A stretch of 64,000 nucleotides of DNA from the human T2T-CHM13v2.0 reference genome, Homo sapiens, in NCBI RefSeq assembly GCF_009914755.1, contig NC_060925.1; one strand, given 5' to 3'. Position numbers and translations under genes: made by a program. The stretch's first letter is position 1; each line of letters opens with the position of its first letter. Below, piece by piece: positions 1 through 11,363 of this stretch. Below the pieces are notes generated by a model. The model was given only the letters and a program-made list of their open reading frames with translations, searched no databases and was not told where the DNA came from.

Positions 1-394
1 TGGCTTGTGGACAATAGTGTGCTAATATCTATTCTATATCATGTTTCCAGTAAATATTAAAGATATTTACTAGTGTTTGCTTTATTTCCACACCATGACA
101 ACATTCACTTTTAATTCTACTTAGTAAACAATGCCTCATATGAACAATATATTGTGATATGGAGGGATCCAAAGATGAATGAATTACCATCTTCACCCTT
201 AAGGTACATACATAGCAGTGGGCATGTTTACAAAAATATGATAGAAGACACAAAGTTGTAAGTCATGTGCTACAGATACAGTAAAGTGAAAAATAGACTT
301 GAAAGAACCTGGTAACTGATTGGACATAAGGAGATAGAGATAAGCATTATCTCAGGCTGAATTATTTCATTTATCACATCTTCCACACCCGGTT

Positions 395-430
395 ACACAC
401 ACACGCACGCGCGCGCACACACACACTCAC
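395..430. repeat. (CA)n/(CG)n alternating purine-pyrimidine microsatellite
   Basis: acacacacacgcacgcgcgcgcacacacacac. Confidence 0.9.
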
Positions 431-490
431 GGGTTTAGTCATTTTAATCATAACAGATTTATTTTAGTGCTGAAATATGTCAGAGTTTTC

Positions 491-791
<301 letters not shown>

Positions 792-1424
792 TCACTTCTC
801 TATAACATTCCTGGTGGGAAACTTATATTTTTTTCCTTCTCTGTAAATGATTTACTCATTATGTCTCCCCAAGAAATACAAACTTACCTTCTACTTCTGT
901 CATTTAGCTCAAGGATTATTTCTATTATAGAACCTAACCCTTTCTAAACTCTTCTCCTGAGCCCCAGGTGGTATAATTGATCACTTCATCCTTGATACAC
1001 ACTTCTCTCAAAGTCCCTGTATACTCCACTGTTCTTGTTTACCTATCTCTTCATCCTGTGAACTGTAAGGATCTCGGGACAGAGGCCATGTGTAGTCAAG
1101 ATTGTATGTTCAACACTGAGTGCAGAGCCTGCTTATTGTAGTGTTCAAAACTGGTGAATGCATGAATAAATGACGAGATATTAAGTCTTAGCCTTGGCAA
1201 TGGGGAGCATATTGATAATATCTTTTATGACACAGAATAGAGGTAAATAAGTAGGACTGTACACTGGTCTAGACTGAAAAGAGAATGGCCACTACCATTT
1301 CTTCTGAGGCCAGAAATAGTGGCAAACCACCTCTTCTTGAAAAGCCTTTTAAAAGATGGGCTGCAGTTCGAGTGGAAATCACATCAAAGGGAATTTTTCA
1401 AGGATGAGGAGAATTTGTGATTAT

Positions 1425-1620
1425 CTTTGTTTGTGGCAGGTTGGATTTGGATTCTCTAGGAAATACATATTCTGAGATGGAATTTGGTATACAGGCCATT
1501 TACTAAGGAGTGGTCTAGGGATCACCATCTGTGAGCGAGAATGGAAAGAAGCGTAAGTGGGTAAAAAAGGAAGTTGAGCAGCCTTAATGTTAGACTCAGC
1601 TGACTCCTTCTGTGGAGAAA
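1425..1620. mobile_element. Old MaLR (MLT1-like) LTR fragment
   Basis: ggattctctaggaaatacatattctgagatggaattt resembles MLT1I/J-type LTR ends; boundaries approximate. Confidence 0.45.
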
Positions 1621-1639
1621 TAATATATATGACCACAAA

Positions 1640-3560
1640 GGACAAGGCGGTTCAAAGTAGAGTAGTACTTCTGTAAGGTCCTAACATTATTCATGAGATA
1701 GTAATATTTTTTGGAAGTAGATTGCAATAAGCTAGAGATGCATATTGTAATCTCTAGAATAAAAATACACATATGCACAAATAACTGTAGAGGAAAAGTC
1801 AAAGAGAAGATTAATGGAATAATAAAATAAATGGATTCAAAGAAGGCAGGAAAAGAGGAACTAAGAAATGAATAATTGTTGGAAACAACAGAAAATAAAT
1901 ACCAAGATGGTAGACTTAAACCCACCTATATCATTAATTACATTATTTAAATTATCTAAAAACTCCATGCAAAAGGCAGAAATTGTCATATAAAAAGAAC
2001 CAGTTACAAAACTGTTTATGAAAAACACACTTCAAATAAAAAGACATGTACATCAAACAAAAGGGTGAAAAATTATGTACCATGTATATCCTAAACATAA
2101 GAAAGTTGATGTGCCATGTTAATATCTGACAAAATAGATTTCAATACAGTGTGTTACCAGAGATAAAGGAGCATATTTCATAATGATAAATAGGTTAATT
2201 TCTAAAATAGACATAATAATCTTGTTATAAATTGAAGCACTTAAGAACAGAGGCTCAAAAGAAATGAATTATAAATTGACAGAACTAATGAGCAAAGAGC
2301 CAAATTTATAATCATAGTTGGGGATTTTTTTCACCTATCTGTTAGTAATTCATTTAATAAGTAGGCCAAAAAATCAAAACAGATATATAAGATTTGAAGA
2401 TCATTATCAAATATCATGACCTAACTCACATTTGTAGAAACACTACACTCAAAACAACTGTAGAATGCTCATGGTACTTCACCAAGACAGACCATATACT
2501 AGACCATAAAACAAGTCTCAATGAATTTGTAATGTTTGAAGCATACAGACAAATTAGTAGCAAGATATCTAGGTCATTCCCAAATTAAGCAATACATGGC
2601 TAAATAATTCACAGGCCAAAGAAGATTGTATGGAGGAAATTAGAAAATATTTTGAGCTGAATTATAATGAAACAAAATTGAAATTTGTGGATGCAATTAA
2701 AAAAAGTACTTACAGGGAAATTTATAGCATTTAAAATGCCTATATTTAGGAAAGAATCAAAATAAGATCAACAATCAGAGTTTCTACCTTAAATAAGTAG
2801 AAAAAGATCAAATTAAAATCAATTAAAATAAAAAGGAAAATCACAAAGAGCAGAAATTAGTAAAATAGAAAAACTTCAATATCATTACTATTATTTTACT
2901 TTCTCTGGAAATAGAAGCCAGTGCAGTTAGACTTTTGATTTTATACTTTATGAGATATAAAAGAAGTTAAACATAAAATATGAAAGAAGGAAGTAAAATT
3001 TTAGTTAGCATTGAAAAGAGAACAACCTGAAAATTATTTCACTTAGTATCACAGTTTAATACAAAATTAAGGTGAAAATAAATGTGCTGACTAATTTAAA
3101 CAATCACCAACAAAAATGAAAGTATCTCAGTAGCAATAAAAATGGTAAAATAACTAGAAATAAAACTAAAAAGAAATTTGAAATATCTCTATGAAGAAAT
3201 GCTACTGAGAGATACCATGAGGGCTTGAATAAATGAAGAGGCACAAACTGGTCCTGTATAGAAAGACTCAATATCATACGAATGCTGATTCTCCCTAAAT
3301 TTTAAATTTCCCATAATCCCAATAAAATCCAAACAAGATATTCAAAAGAATTATACAGTTGATTTTAATTTTTTTGTGTGTGGAGATTCTGAAAAAGATG
3401 AGTAATGGAGGCCTGGCCTTATCAGATATTAAAATACATCATAAAATTATAGTCATTAACACATCAAGGTGCTATATATAAATAAACAGATTAATGGAAC
3501 AGGGAAGTTCAGAAGTATGCCCAAACATATATACATAAATGTAGACTTAACCTTAAACAT
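1640..3560 (+). mobile_element. Ancient L1M fragment (ORF1 end/ORF2 endonuclease region, degraded)
   Basis: A-rich, with ORF2-like remnants such as KTDHILDHKTSLN (ORF 2394-2588), gggaaatttatagca and gaaagactcaatatc. Confidence 0.75.
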
Positions 3561-3599
3561 AATACTTTAAAGGCAATGAGACTAGTACATCATTTCCAC

Positions 3600-5640
3600 A
3601 TATTGTTGCCCAAACCCGATATTACCCAATTATCTCTATTTAATTAAGATGATGGGAAAAATGTGGTATCTTACTTTTGTTATGTTTTTCATTTTTCTAA
3701 TTATTAATGGGGTATAGCATCCTTTACATAATAATTATCAAGCATTTAGGTTTTTTTCTCTTTAATTATTAGTTTTTGCTAAGATTGCAAAGATACCTTT
3801 TCGTTTTTAAATTAGTTTTATACTTTTGCCTGTCAAACTTTAGCCTTTAATATATTCAACATTTGTTTTTGTATACAGAATAAGACAGGGATCTACTTTT
3901 AAATACATGTATAATCCAATTTTTCTAATATCGTCTGTTAAAGCATCCACCCTTGTCCTAATGATTGTAGTCTCGAGTTGATTATAACCAAGTTCTAGAC
4001 ATTACGTGATTCTAATTTTTAACTCTCTTTTATATTCCATTGGTCTTTTCATCTGTTTCCTTTACCAGCAATACACTGTTTTTATTACTATAGCTTTAAC
4101 CATATAAACATAGCTAGCAGGACATGTCCCCTCTCCCACTTCCTTATACGTCTTTTTCAAAACTGAATTAGCTTTGAAACCAATGAGAATGAAGACACAA
4201 TGTACCAGAATCTCTGGGACACATTTAAAGCAGTGTGTAGAGGGAAATTTATAGCACTAAATGCCCACAAGAGAAAGCAGAAAAGATCTAAAATCGACAC
4301 CCTAACATCGCAATTAGAAGAACTAGAGAAGCAAGAGCAGACAAATTCAAAATTGAATGAACTATTCATTATTCATGAACACTTACTCGTTATTTGTGTG
4401 CCATTGTGCATGGCCAAGAAGTCATTATTAAACACACACACAAAATTCAAGAACTTGCTACCTATACTCCTTGTTGAGAAAAAATATTAAAACCAGCCAA
4501 TTTTAGATTTGAAATTTTAGAACAAGCCTTAAGTCATTTTTTCTGCCTCTTGAAAAACATACTTGTACATATGGTCTGAACTTAATCAACCCCTTGATTT
4601 GTATTAATTGATATGAACTTGTGATTTTTCTCCTTTGATTCATAATTATGTTAAATAGCCTTGGTAGATTTTTTTTTTTAGTTGTCAAATCATTTTTGCC
4701 TTCGTGAAGCAAGACTACATACTTATTGTATATTTTAAACGTATTGTTGGATTTTATTGGGTAATCTTTTATTTTTGACTTTTGCATGTAGAATTATTTT
4801 ATATATTCATTTTTTGAATATTCCAATTATAGAAGCCTCATATAATTGCTTGTACAATTTTCTTTTTTTATTTTCTGGAGCCACTTGTATAAAATAAGGA
4901 TGATCTGTTTCTTCAAAATTTGGCAGAGCCTACCTGTAAAACCAACTGGTATGGGGCTTAACTGAGAGAATACTTATGACTGTCACTTAAATTTATTTGA
5001 TTTTTATTAATGTCTTATTTTTTTCTATTTTTTCCAATTTTGAATTTTTTGTTATTTCCAGAAATTTATTAATTTCTTCCATATATGCAAATTTAGTGCT
5101 GATATTTGTTCATAATGTGTTTTTATTATATTTCAACTCTATTTTAGCTGTAGTTGTTACATCCTTTCTTGTGTATATTTTTGAACCTTCTTTTTCTCTT
5201 TTTCTTGATTACGCATGCATGGGGTTTGTCTGGCTTATCAGTGTCTTCAAAGTACAACTTTTACTTTCATTCATCTCTCGTTTTGTTCTCGTTTTTGTTT
5301 TTTGTTTTTTTTTTTGTATTTCGTTGATTTCTACTCTTATCTTCATTATTTCCTTGCTTTTTGTTTGTCTGGATTTACACTGATGTTCTTTTTCTAGGTT
5401 TTGGTGTTGAAATGTTTGGCTAATTTGTTTTAGGTGTTCCATAATTTTCCCCTCTAAGTACTACTTTAATTGTGCCCCATAAATTGTGACATATAAGGAT
5501 TTTATTGTCATTCAGTCGTAAGTATTTTGTAATGCTCTTATAATTTCTTTTTAAAACCTTGGATTTTTAATAGCATTTTGTTTGTTTCTAGCACTTATTT
5601 TTCAGGGCATAATAACTTTTATTGTGCCAGCTGTGTCTTT
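3600..5640 (-). mobile_element. Ancient L1M fragments, antisense
   Basis: T-rich with L1 ORF2-like minus-strand remnants (ORF 5209-5442 KEIMKIRVEINEIQ). Interrupted by the L1PA piece at 4172-4352. Confidence 0.65.
4172..4352 (+). mobile_element. Internal L1PA ORF2 fragment (~180 bp) without 3' UTR or poly(A)
   Basis: Encodes [50 protein letters not shown], near-identical to primate L1 ORF2. Confidence 0.9.
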
Positions 5641-5972
5641 ATTAGATATTTTTTTCTCCTTTTCTTGGCCCTACATTTTATTAGGAAGTACTTAAATAGT
5701 GAGTCTTTATTTATTCAGGAATTAAGGGCCAGTCCAAGGTAAAAATGTGTGCCCAGTATCATTCACTGGCCAAAAAGTGTCTACCACTTTTACCAATTTT
5801 ATCTCTATTTTTGTTTTTATACATAAACATCCACAAGATCCTTTTCTCTATTGCTCTTTTCCTTTTTAAATTTGTGTTCCTTATACTTCTTTCTTTTCTC
5901 TGTTCATTTTTGTTTTCCTTATTGTGAATTTTTTAAGTTGATGTGTTTCATTTTTTATTTTCTTATAACTGA

Positions 5973-6316
<344 letters not shown>

Positions 6317-6334
6317 ATAATGTAATACTTTGAG

Positions 6335-6472
6335 ATATATTTATATGTGTATATATACATATGTGTGTGTGTACATATATGTGTATATATACATATATGT
6401 GTACATATATGTGTATATATACACACATATATGTGTACATATACATGCGTACATATATATACGCATACACAT
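6335..6472. repeat. Compound (TA)/(TG)/(CA) microsatellite
   Basis: ~130 bp of almost uninterrupted RY alternation. Confidence 0.9.
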
Positions 6473-7299
6473 TGTGAAATGATTGCCACAATCAAGTTTA
6501 TTGTACATTCTTACATCTTTTCAACTTTGGGTTGCAGAAAAAAATAGAACAACCATTTCAATTTAAATTTTAGATAAACAATGAATTTTTTTTCTTTAGT
6601 ATGGGTATCTCCATGCAATATTTGGGCATATTTAAACCTCATTGTTTATCAGATAGTCAAATTCAAGTGCCCATACTGTGTTTTGGTTTGTTTTGGCTAA
6701 ATCTGGCAAAATAGTTTATAATTTAAAAAATATAATTAGTCAGATGCTAATCACTTATTCAGAGATGACTTCAACCACCCAGGAAACTGTCCAGATTTCA
6801 TAATTTAGCAAAAAAAGAAAAAGCCCATGTACAGATGGCACCAAGTCCAATCACTACTTTGGATTATTTGACTGTGTTTATAGGAAAGTTGACAAGATCC
6901 TTTGTTAGAGCTGTTGACTTTACATTGAATTCTAACAGTATTTGTTATCTGAATTTGCAGTCTGTTTTATAAAAGGAGCAACAAATTAGTAGGGATTTAG
7001 AAACTGGGAGAAAATATACACTCAGAAGACCAGTAATGTAAGCCTTGTTTTTACCATTAACCAGTTAAGTGACCTTATAAAAATCATATTACCTCTCTGG
7101 GCATTAGTTTTCTATTCAAATTTGTTTCAAATGATGCATTTGGATTGGATGATTTCTTTCGGATCTGCATTTAAGTTTAAGCTTGATGGTGAGTTCATAA
7201 AAGAAGATAATAAGCAAATATGGTGAATGAAAGTATTACAATCTTAGACTACTAAGTGCTAAAGGCAAAGATAATTATATCTATTAATAGCTTTAAAGT

Positions 7300-7453
7300 C
7301 TTGTTACTCAAAATGTGGTTGGCATGCAGAAACATTGGCATCACCAGAAATCTAGTTAGAAATGCAGGATCTCAGCTCTAGGAACTCATAATCTGCATTT
7401 TCACAAGATCCTCAGGTGATCTGTATGCATATTAAGGTTTGAGGAGCACTGCT
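7300..7453. mobile_element. MER5A-type hAT/Charlie MITE
   Basis: ctcaaaatgtgg...gttagaaatgcag...aatctgcattttcacaagatcctcaggtgat...tttgaggagcactg. Confidence 0.75.
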
Positions 7454-7551
7454 TCAGAAGACTGTTACCTTAGCATTTAGTAAGATAATTGATGTTCAAA
7501 ATGATTTAAAATTGTCTCCAATTCATTAAGTGAAAATTCAGTTAAGTACAG

Positions 7552-7897
7552 CAGAGATACCCAACCCTCAGGCTATGGAGCAGTACTGGTCCGTAGCCTG
7601 TTAGGAACCTGGCCACACAGCAGGAGGTGAGAATTGGGTGAAAGAATATTGCCCCCCTGAGCTCCACCTCTTGTCAGATCGGTGGCATTAGGTGCTCATA
7701 GGAGAGCAAACCCTATTGTGAACTGCACATGCAAGGGATCTAGGTTGTGGGCTCCTTATGAGAATCTAATGCCTGATGATCTGAGATGGAACAGTTTCAT
7801 CCTGAAACCATCCTCCTCCATTCCCTCCACCCCCATCTGTGGAAATACTGTCTTCCATAAAATAGGTTCCTTGAGCTAAAAAGGTTAGGGACTGCTG
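7552..7897 (+). mobile_element. MER1B-type hAT/Charlie element
   Basis: ctggtccgtagcctgttaggaacc...gcacatgcaagggatctaggttg...aaaaggttagggactgctg. Confidence 0.8.
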
Positions 7898-8429
7898 AAT
7901 TTCAGGATTCTCTACTTGAGGAGGCAGAAAATTGTCTAAGGTGCATTTAAGTTATTTCTATATCCATGATTGAAATTTCTAAAATGATCTTGTGCTTCAG
8001 AAGAAAATCTTCTGTTGTTTGGAAAATGAATCTATGTGGATCCCTGCATTTTGTGGGAATCCTGCAAAAGCACAGATGACTGTGTGTACGTGAATCTCAT
8101 TTCCATCAAAAACTAACTGAGTGCGCTGACAGAGGAGCTCCAATTCTCAGTGGGTCAATAGTTTATTCTGAGGGTAAAGCACTCATTTCCCTCTTTCCTG
8201 TTTCATTGTTACTAATCTTTTTATTGATTTTTACATGAAAGCTTTTTCCAGTCCCAGACATGGCAACTTCACAGACACATGAATAATTGGGATAGCAATG
8301 TTTTTTTATCCACGATAGAATCCTACCCAGCCGGGGAATGCTCTCATTCCTTTCTTTGCTTATGCATTCTTGTTCCTGAAAGAATCATCTCCAGCTATGT
8401 TCCATAACACCTTTTCTCAATGTCAGGCT

Positions 8430-8825
8430 TTGTCTTAAATGGGTTTCTCCAGGATTCAGACTGAGAGGAGGATTTGCCAGCAGATAGTTTATTGAGAACC
8501 TGACTCAGAGCAAGATCTGTGGAGGAGTGAAAGAACTAGCATTGAACAGACAAAGGAGAACTGAAACAGCCCCCGGCAGGTGTCAGCATCCCACAGAGAG
8601 CTGGGATGGCCCTTCAGAGTTGTCCCACTCTGTATACCACTCACCCCAACCAAAAGGTTATTGGACATTGCCTGTCCACTCCACCTCCCACTCCAAGAAA
8701 ATGGCATGTCCTTGTATAGAGAGGTTTTTTCCCCCCTCTGAGGGCAGTTTCTGGAAAGATTCTTTCCAATGAGCTGAATGCCAGAGTCATGAAAGAGGGG
8801 ATGCAGCTGACACATCACAGTATCC
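8430..8825. mobile_element. Old MaLR (MLT1-like) LTR
   Basis: gggtttctccagga...cagactgagaggaggatttgcc...tttattgag; boundaries approximate. Confidence 0.45.
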
Positions 8826-9097
8826 AATACAAATTTGACTTTGTCTCTTTCTGACACTCCTTCCAAGTTCTATAAGCTCTTCTAACACAGAATCTCTGCA
8901 GACTTAGCCTTGGTGTCTAAAATCACAGTTTGAGGACATGCTCTCAGAAAGAATTCAGCCAGTCGTCTGATTCTGATCTAACCCCCTTCCATGGACTTGA
9001 CAAATCATACATTGTTGAATGTCTACCCCTAGTTCGGGTGGGATTATAGTGGTTCCCCCTTCATTTCAAAAAATTATGAGTTGATCTCACCCTTCTG

Positions 9098-9099
<2 letters not shown>

Positions 9100-9128
<29 letters not shown>
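9100..9128. repeat. (CA)n microsatellite
   Basis: About 14 CA units. Confidence 0.95.
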
Positions 9129-9132
<4 letters not shown>

Positions 9133-10381
9133 CATGATGTGTTTGTAGCCTTTCTTATACTATGAAGGAATAACTCAGGAAATCAGCTGGGTTTTAGCCA
9201 TACAAAGGTGGGCAGGGGCTCAAACATCAGAAGAAAGTAAAAACAGGCTCCAACCACACCTACCCATTTTGACCCACATCCTCAATCATGGAGACAACCA
9301 TGGCAGCTCATTGCCTTATATCCCCCCTTCATCCATTAGATTTGGATTTCAGGTAAGATCCCTTGAAACTTTGATTATTAAACTCTTCCTCGACAAAATT
9401 TCAGAAGTCCACACAGATAGCAATAGTATTAGGTTGAACCAGAAGAAATTGCCAATATTTGATAATTCTTCACCTATAAAAAAGTAATGTGGTTCAATCA
9501 ATAGTGCAAGCATTCTTAATCTGATTTCTCTCAACCTCTAATTGGACCACGAATGGCTTTTAAAAGTGTCTGTCAGCCCCCTTAAAATTGTGTAAAGCTT
9601 TTATGACTAAGAGATTATGTGACTTTATTTCTGGGGGGAGTAAAAGCACAAACATCAATAAGTTTTCTAATCTATGATTTCCTGCTTACCCCAAACTAAG
9701 AACATTGGTTCAGTCAACATAATACAGAGCTTAAATTGGGAAAAACCAAGTTCCTTCCTCTCTAGCATTTACCTAGGGAAAGCCACTTAAGCTTTCAGAA
9801 TCCTAGTTTCCTCTTATGTAATATATCCTTTATATCTTGAGGCTACTGTTGTTCAAAAATATCAAAAAGGAATAAAATCACAATGAGCGCAGTGGACCCA
9901 CCAGCAAAGCCTGTAATCAGGCTTGGCAAACTGTGAAGTGCTATACAAAAAGAAGGTGATGCCTGCCTACTTTTCTTCTGGTCTAAGGTCTTCTGTTTCC
10001 CTGTGGAATCAGGAAGTGCCATAGATGAGTGAAAATGAAAAGGCACAGAAGAAAACAACAATCCAGTAACCAAAAGCATTTTAAAACCTCAGAGAAGATT
10101 CTTTTCAAGTTTGTGGTAGAGTTTCAGGATCTGCTATCCAGTGAGTGCCACAAAGGATGACCTGGAAGTTGAAATGCTTGGCTTGGGAGCATATTGAGTG
10201 TGTCTGTGCCCAGCAGGCAGATTGAAGGGGGATTTCTTAAGCCCAAACAGTTCTACATCAGAGACACTTTCTTTCAATCTTACCCTTCACCAGTGGCCAA
10301 TGGTTAGATTGCGTAGTTAACATGCAGCCTTTGGATGAAAAATCAACTGAGTGTGTGAGACTGGCTTTCCCATCTCTCAGA

Positions 10382-10382
<1 letters not shown>

Positions 10383-10436
<54 letters not shown>

Positions 10437-10467
10437 ATCTATCTGTCTGTCTATCTCTATCTGTCTA
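10383..10467. repeat. (TCTA)n tetranucleotide STR with degenerate 3' tail
   Basis: About 13 perfect TCTA units followed by TCTG variants. Confidence 0.95.
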
Positions 10468-11112
10468 CCCATCCTTTGTTCATTTTCTCTTTGTTTCAAA
10501 ATATTTTGTAATGAATTCACTAAGCTAATTTCACTAGCAATCCCTCTATCATGATACCAATTCTCAGACCTGAGAATCACTTGCTTTTCTAACAGTACTT
10601 GTCTCCTACCTGATATCTAGCTAAAGTTTTTCTTCCTTGCAAGAGACATGCTTAAATTAATTTTACATTGTGCATGTAATATATGAAAGTAAACTCTTTG
10701 TTAAAATGAATAGTAAAATGTTAGATATAGCTAATAATTCTTTTGACTTTCCAGCACTTTGATTTTTTCTTATGGGGCATCAATGATGCACATCTCAGAT
10801 CTGAGTAGCTCCTAAGGGGTCTTTTAGGAGAGCTTTGTCATTAAGAGGACAGCTGTTCACAAGCATGCATTTGGAGTGATCAGAAGAGTGTCATACTTGC
10901 AGTGGCAAAAGTGACACAGGCATACAGCTTCCTACTGTCAAACTGTCTTCCTGATGTTTCTGCTTGTCTTTCATGTCTAGGAGAATAAATTCATTATTTA
11001 TCTCTAATAAAGCAAAAATAGTCTGGACTCTATATATATATAAAATGTATTTCTTTTGTACAATTCCTTGTATTCCTGTATAAAATGTATTCTCTCTATA
11101 TATATATGTATG

Positions 11113-11363
11113 TATTCCTCATTTAAATATATTTTTAAGGTTGCTCTTTCCACAGCCAAGTCACAAATGTATATGTAAAAATATATATATATTTATATAT
11201 ATTTTATGTATGTTAAAATGTATATTTATATATTTTTAAATATATATCTTATAAAATATATAAATATATTTATATTTAAATTAAAGTCACATATATACAT
11301 ATATATTTGTTACTTGGTTGTGGAAAGAGCAACTTAAAAATAAATATATTTAAATAATGAATA
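11113..11363. repeat. Imperfect AT-rich palindrome (~250 bp)
   Basis: 11140-11168 is the reverse complement of 11305-11333 at 27/29; arms extend outward and inward. Confidence 0.9.

Noticed and set aside
4997-5927. Hydrophobic, membrane-protein-looking ORFs
   Set aside because: Artefact of T-rich antisense L1M sequence (Phe/Leu/Ile codons).
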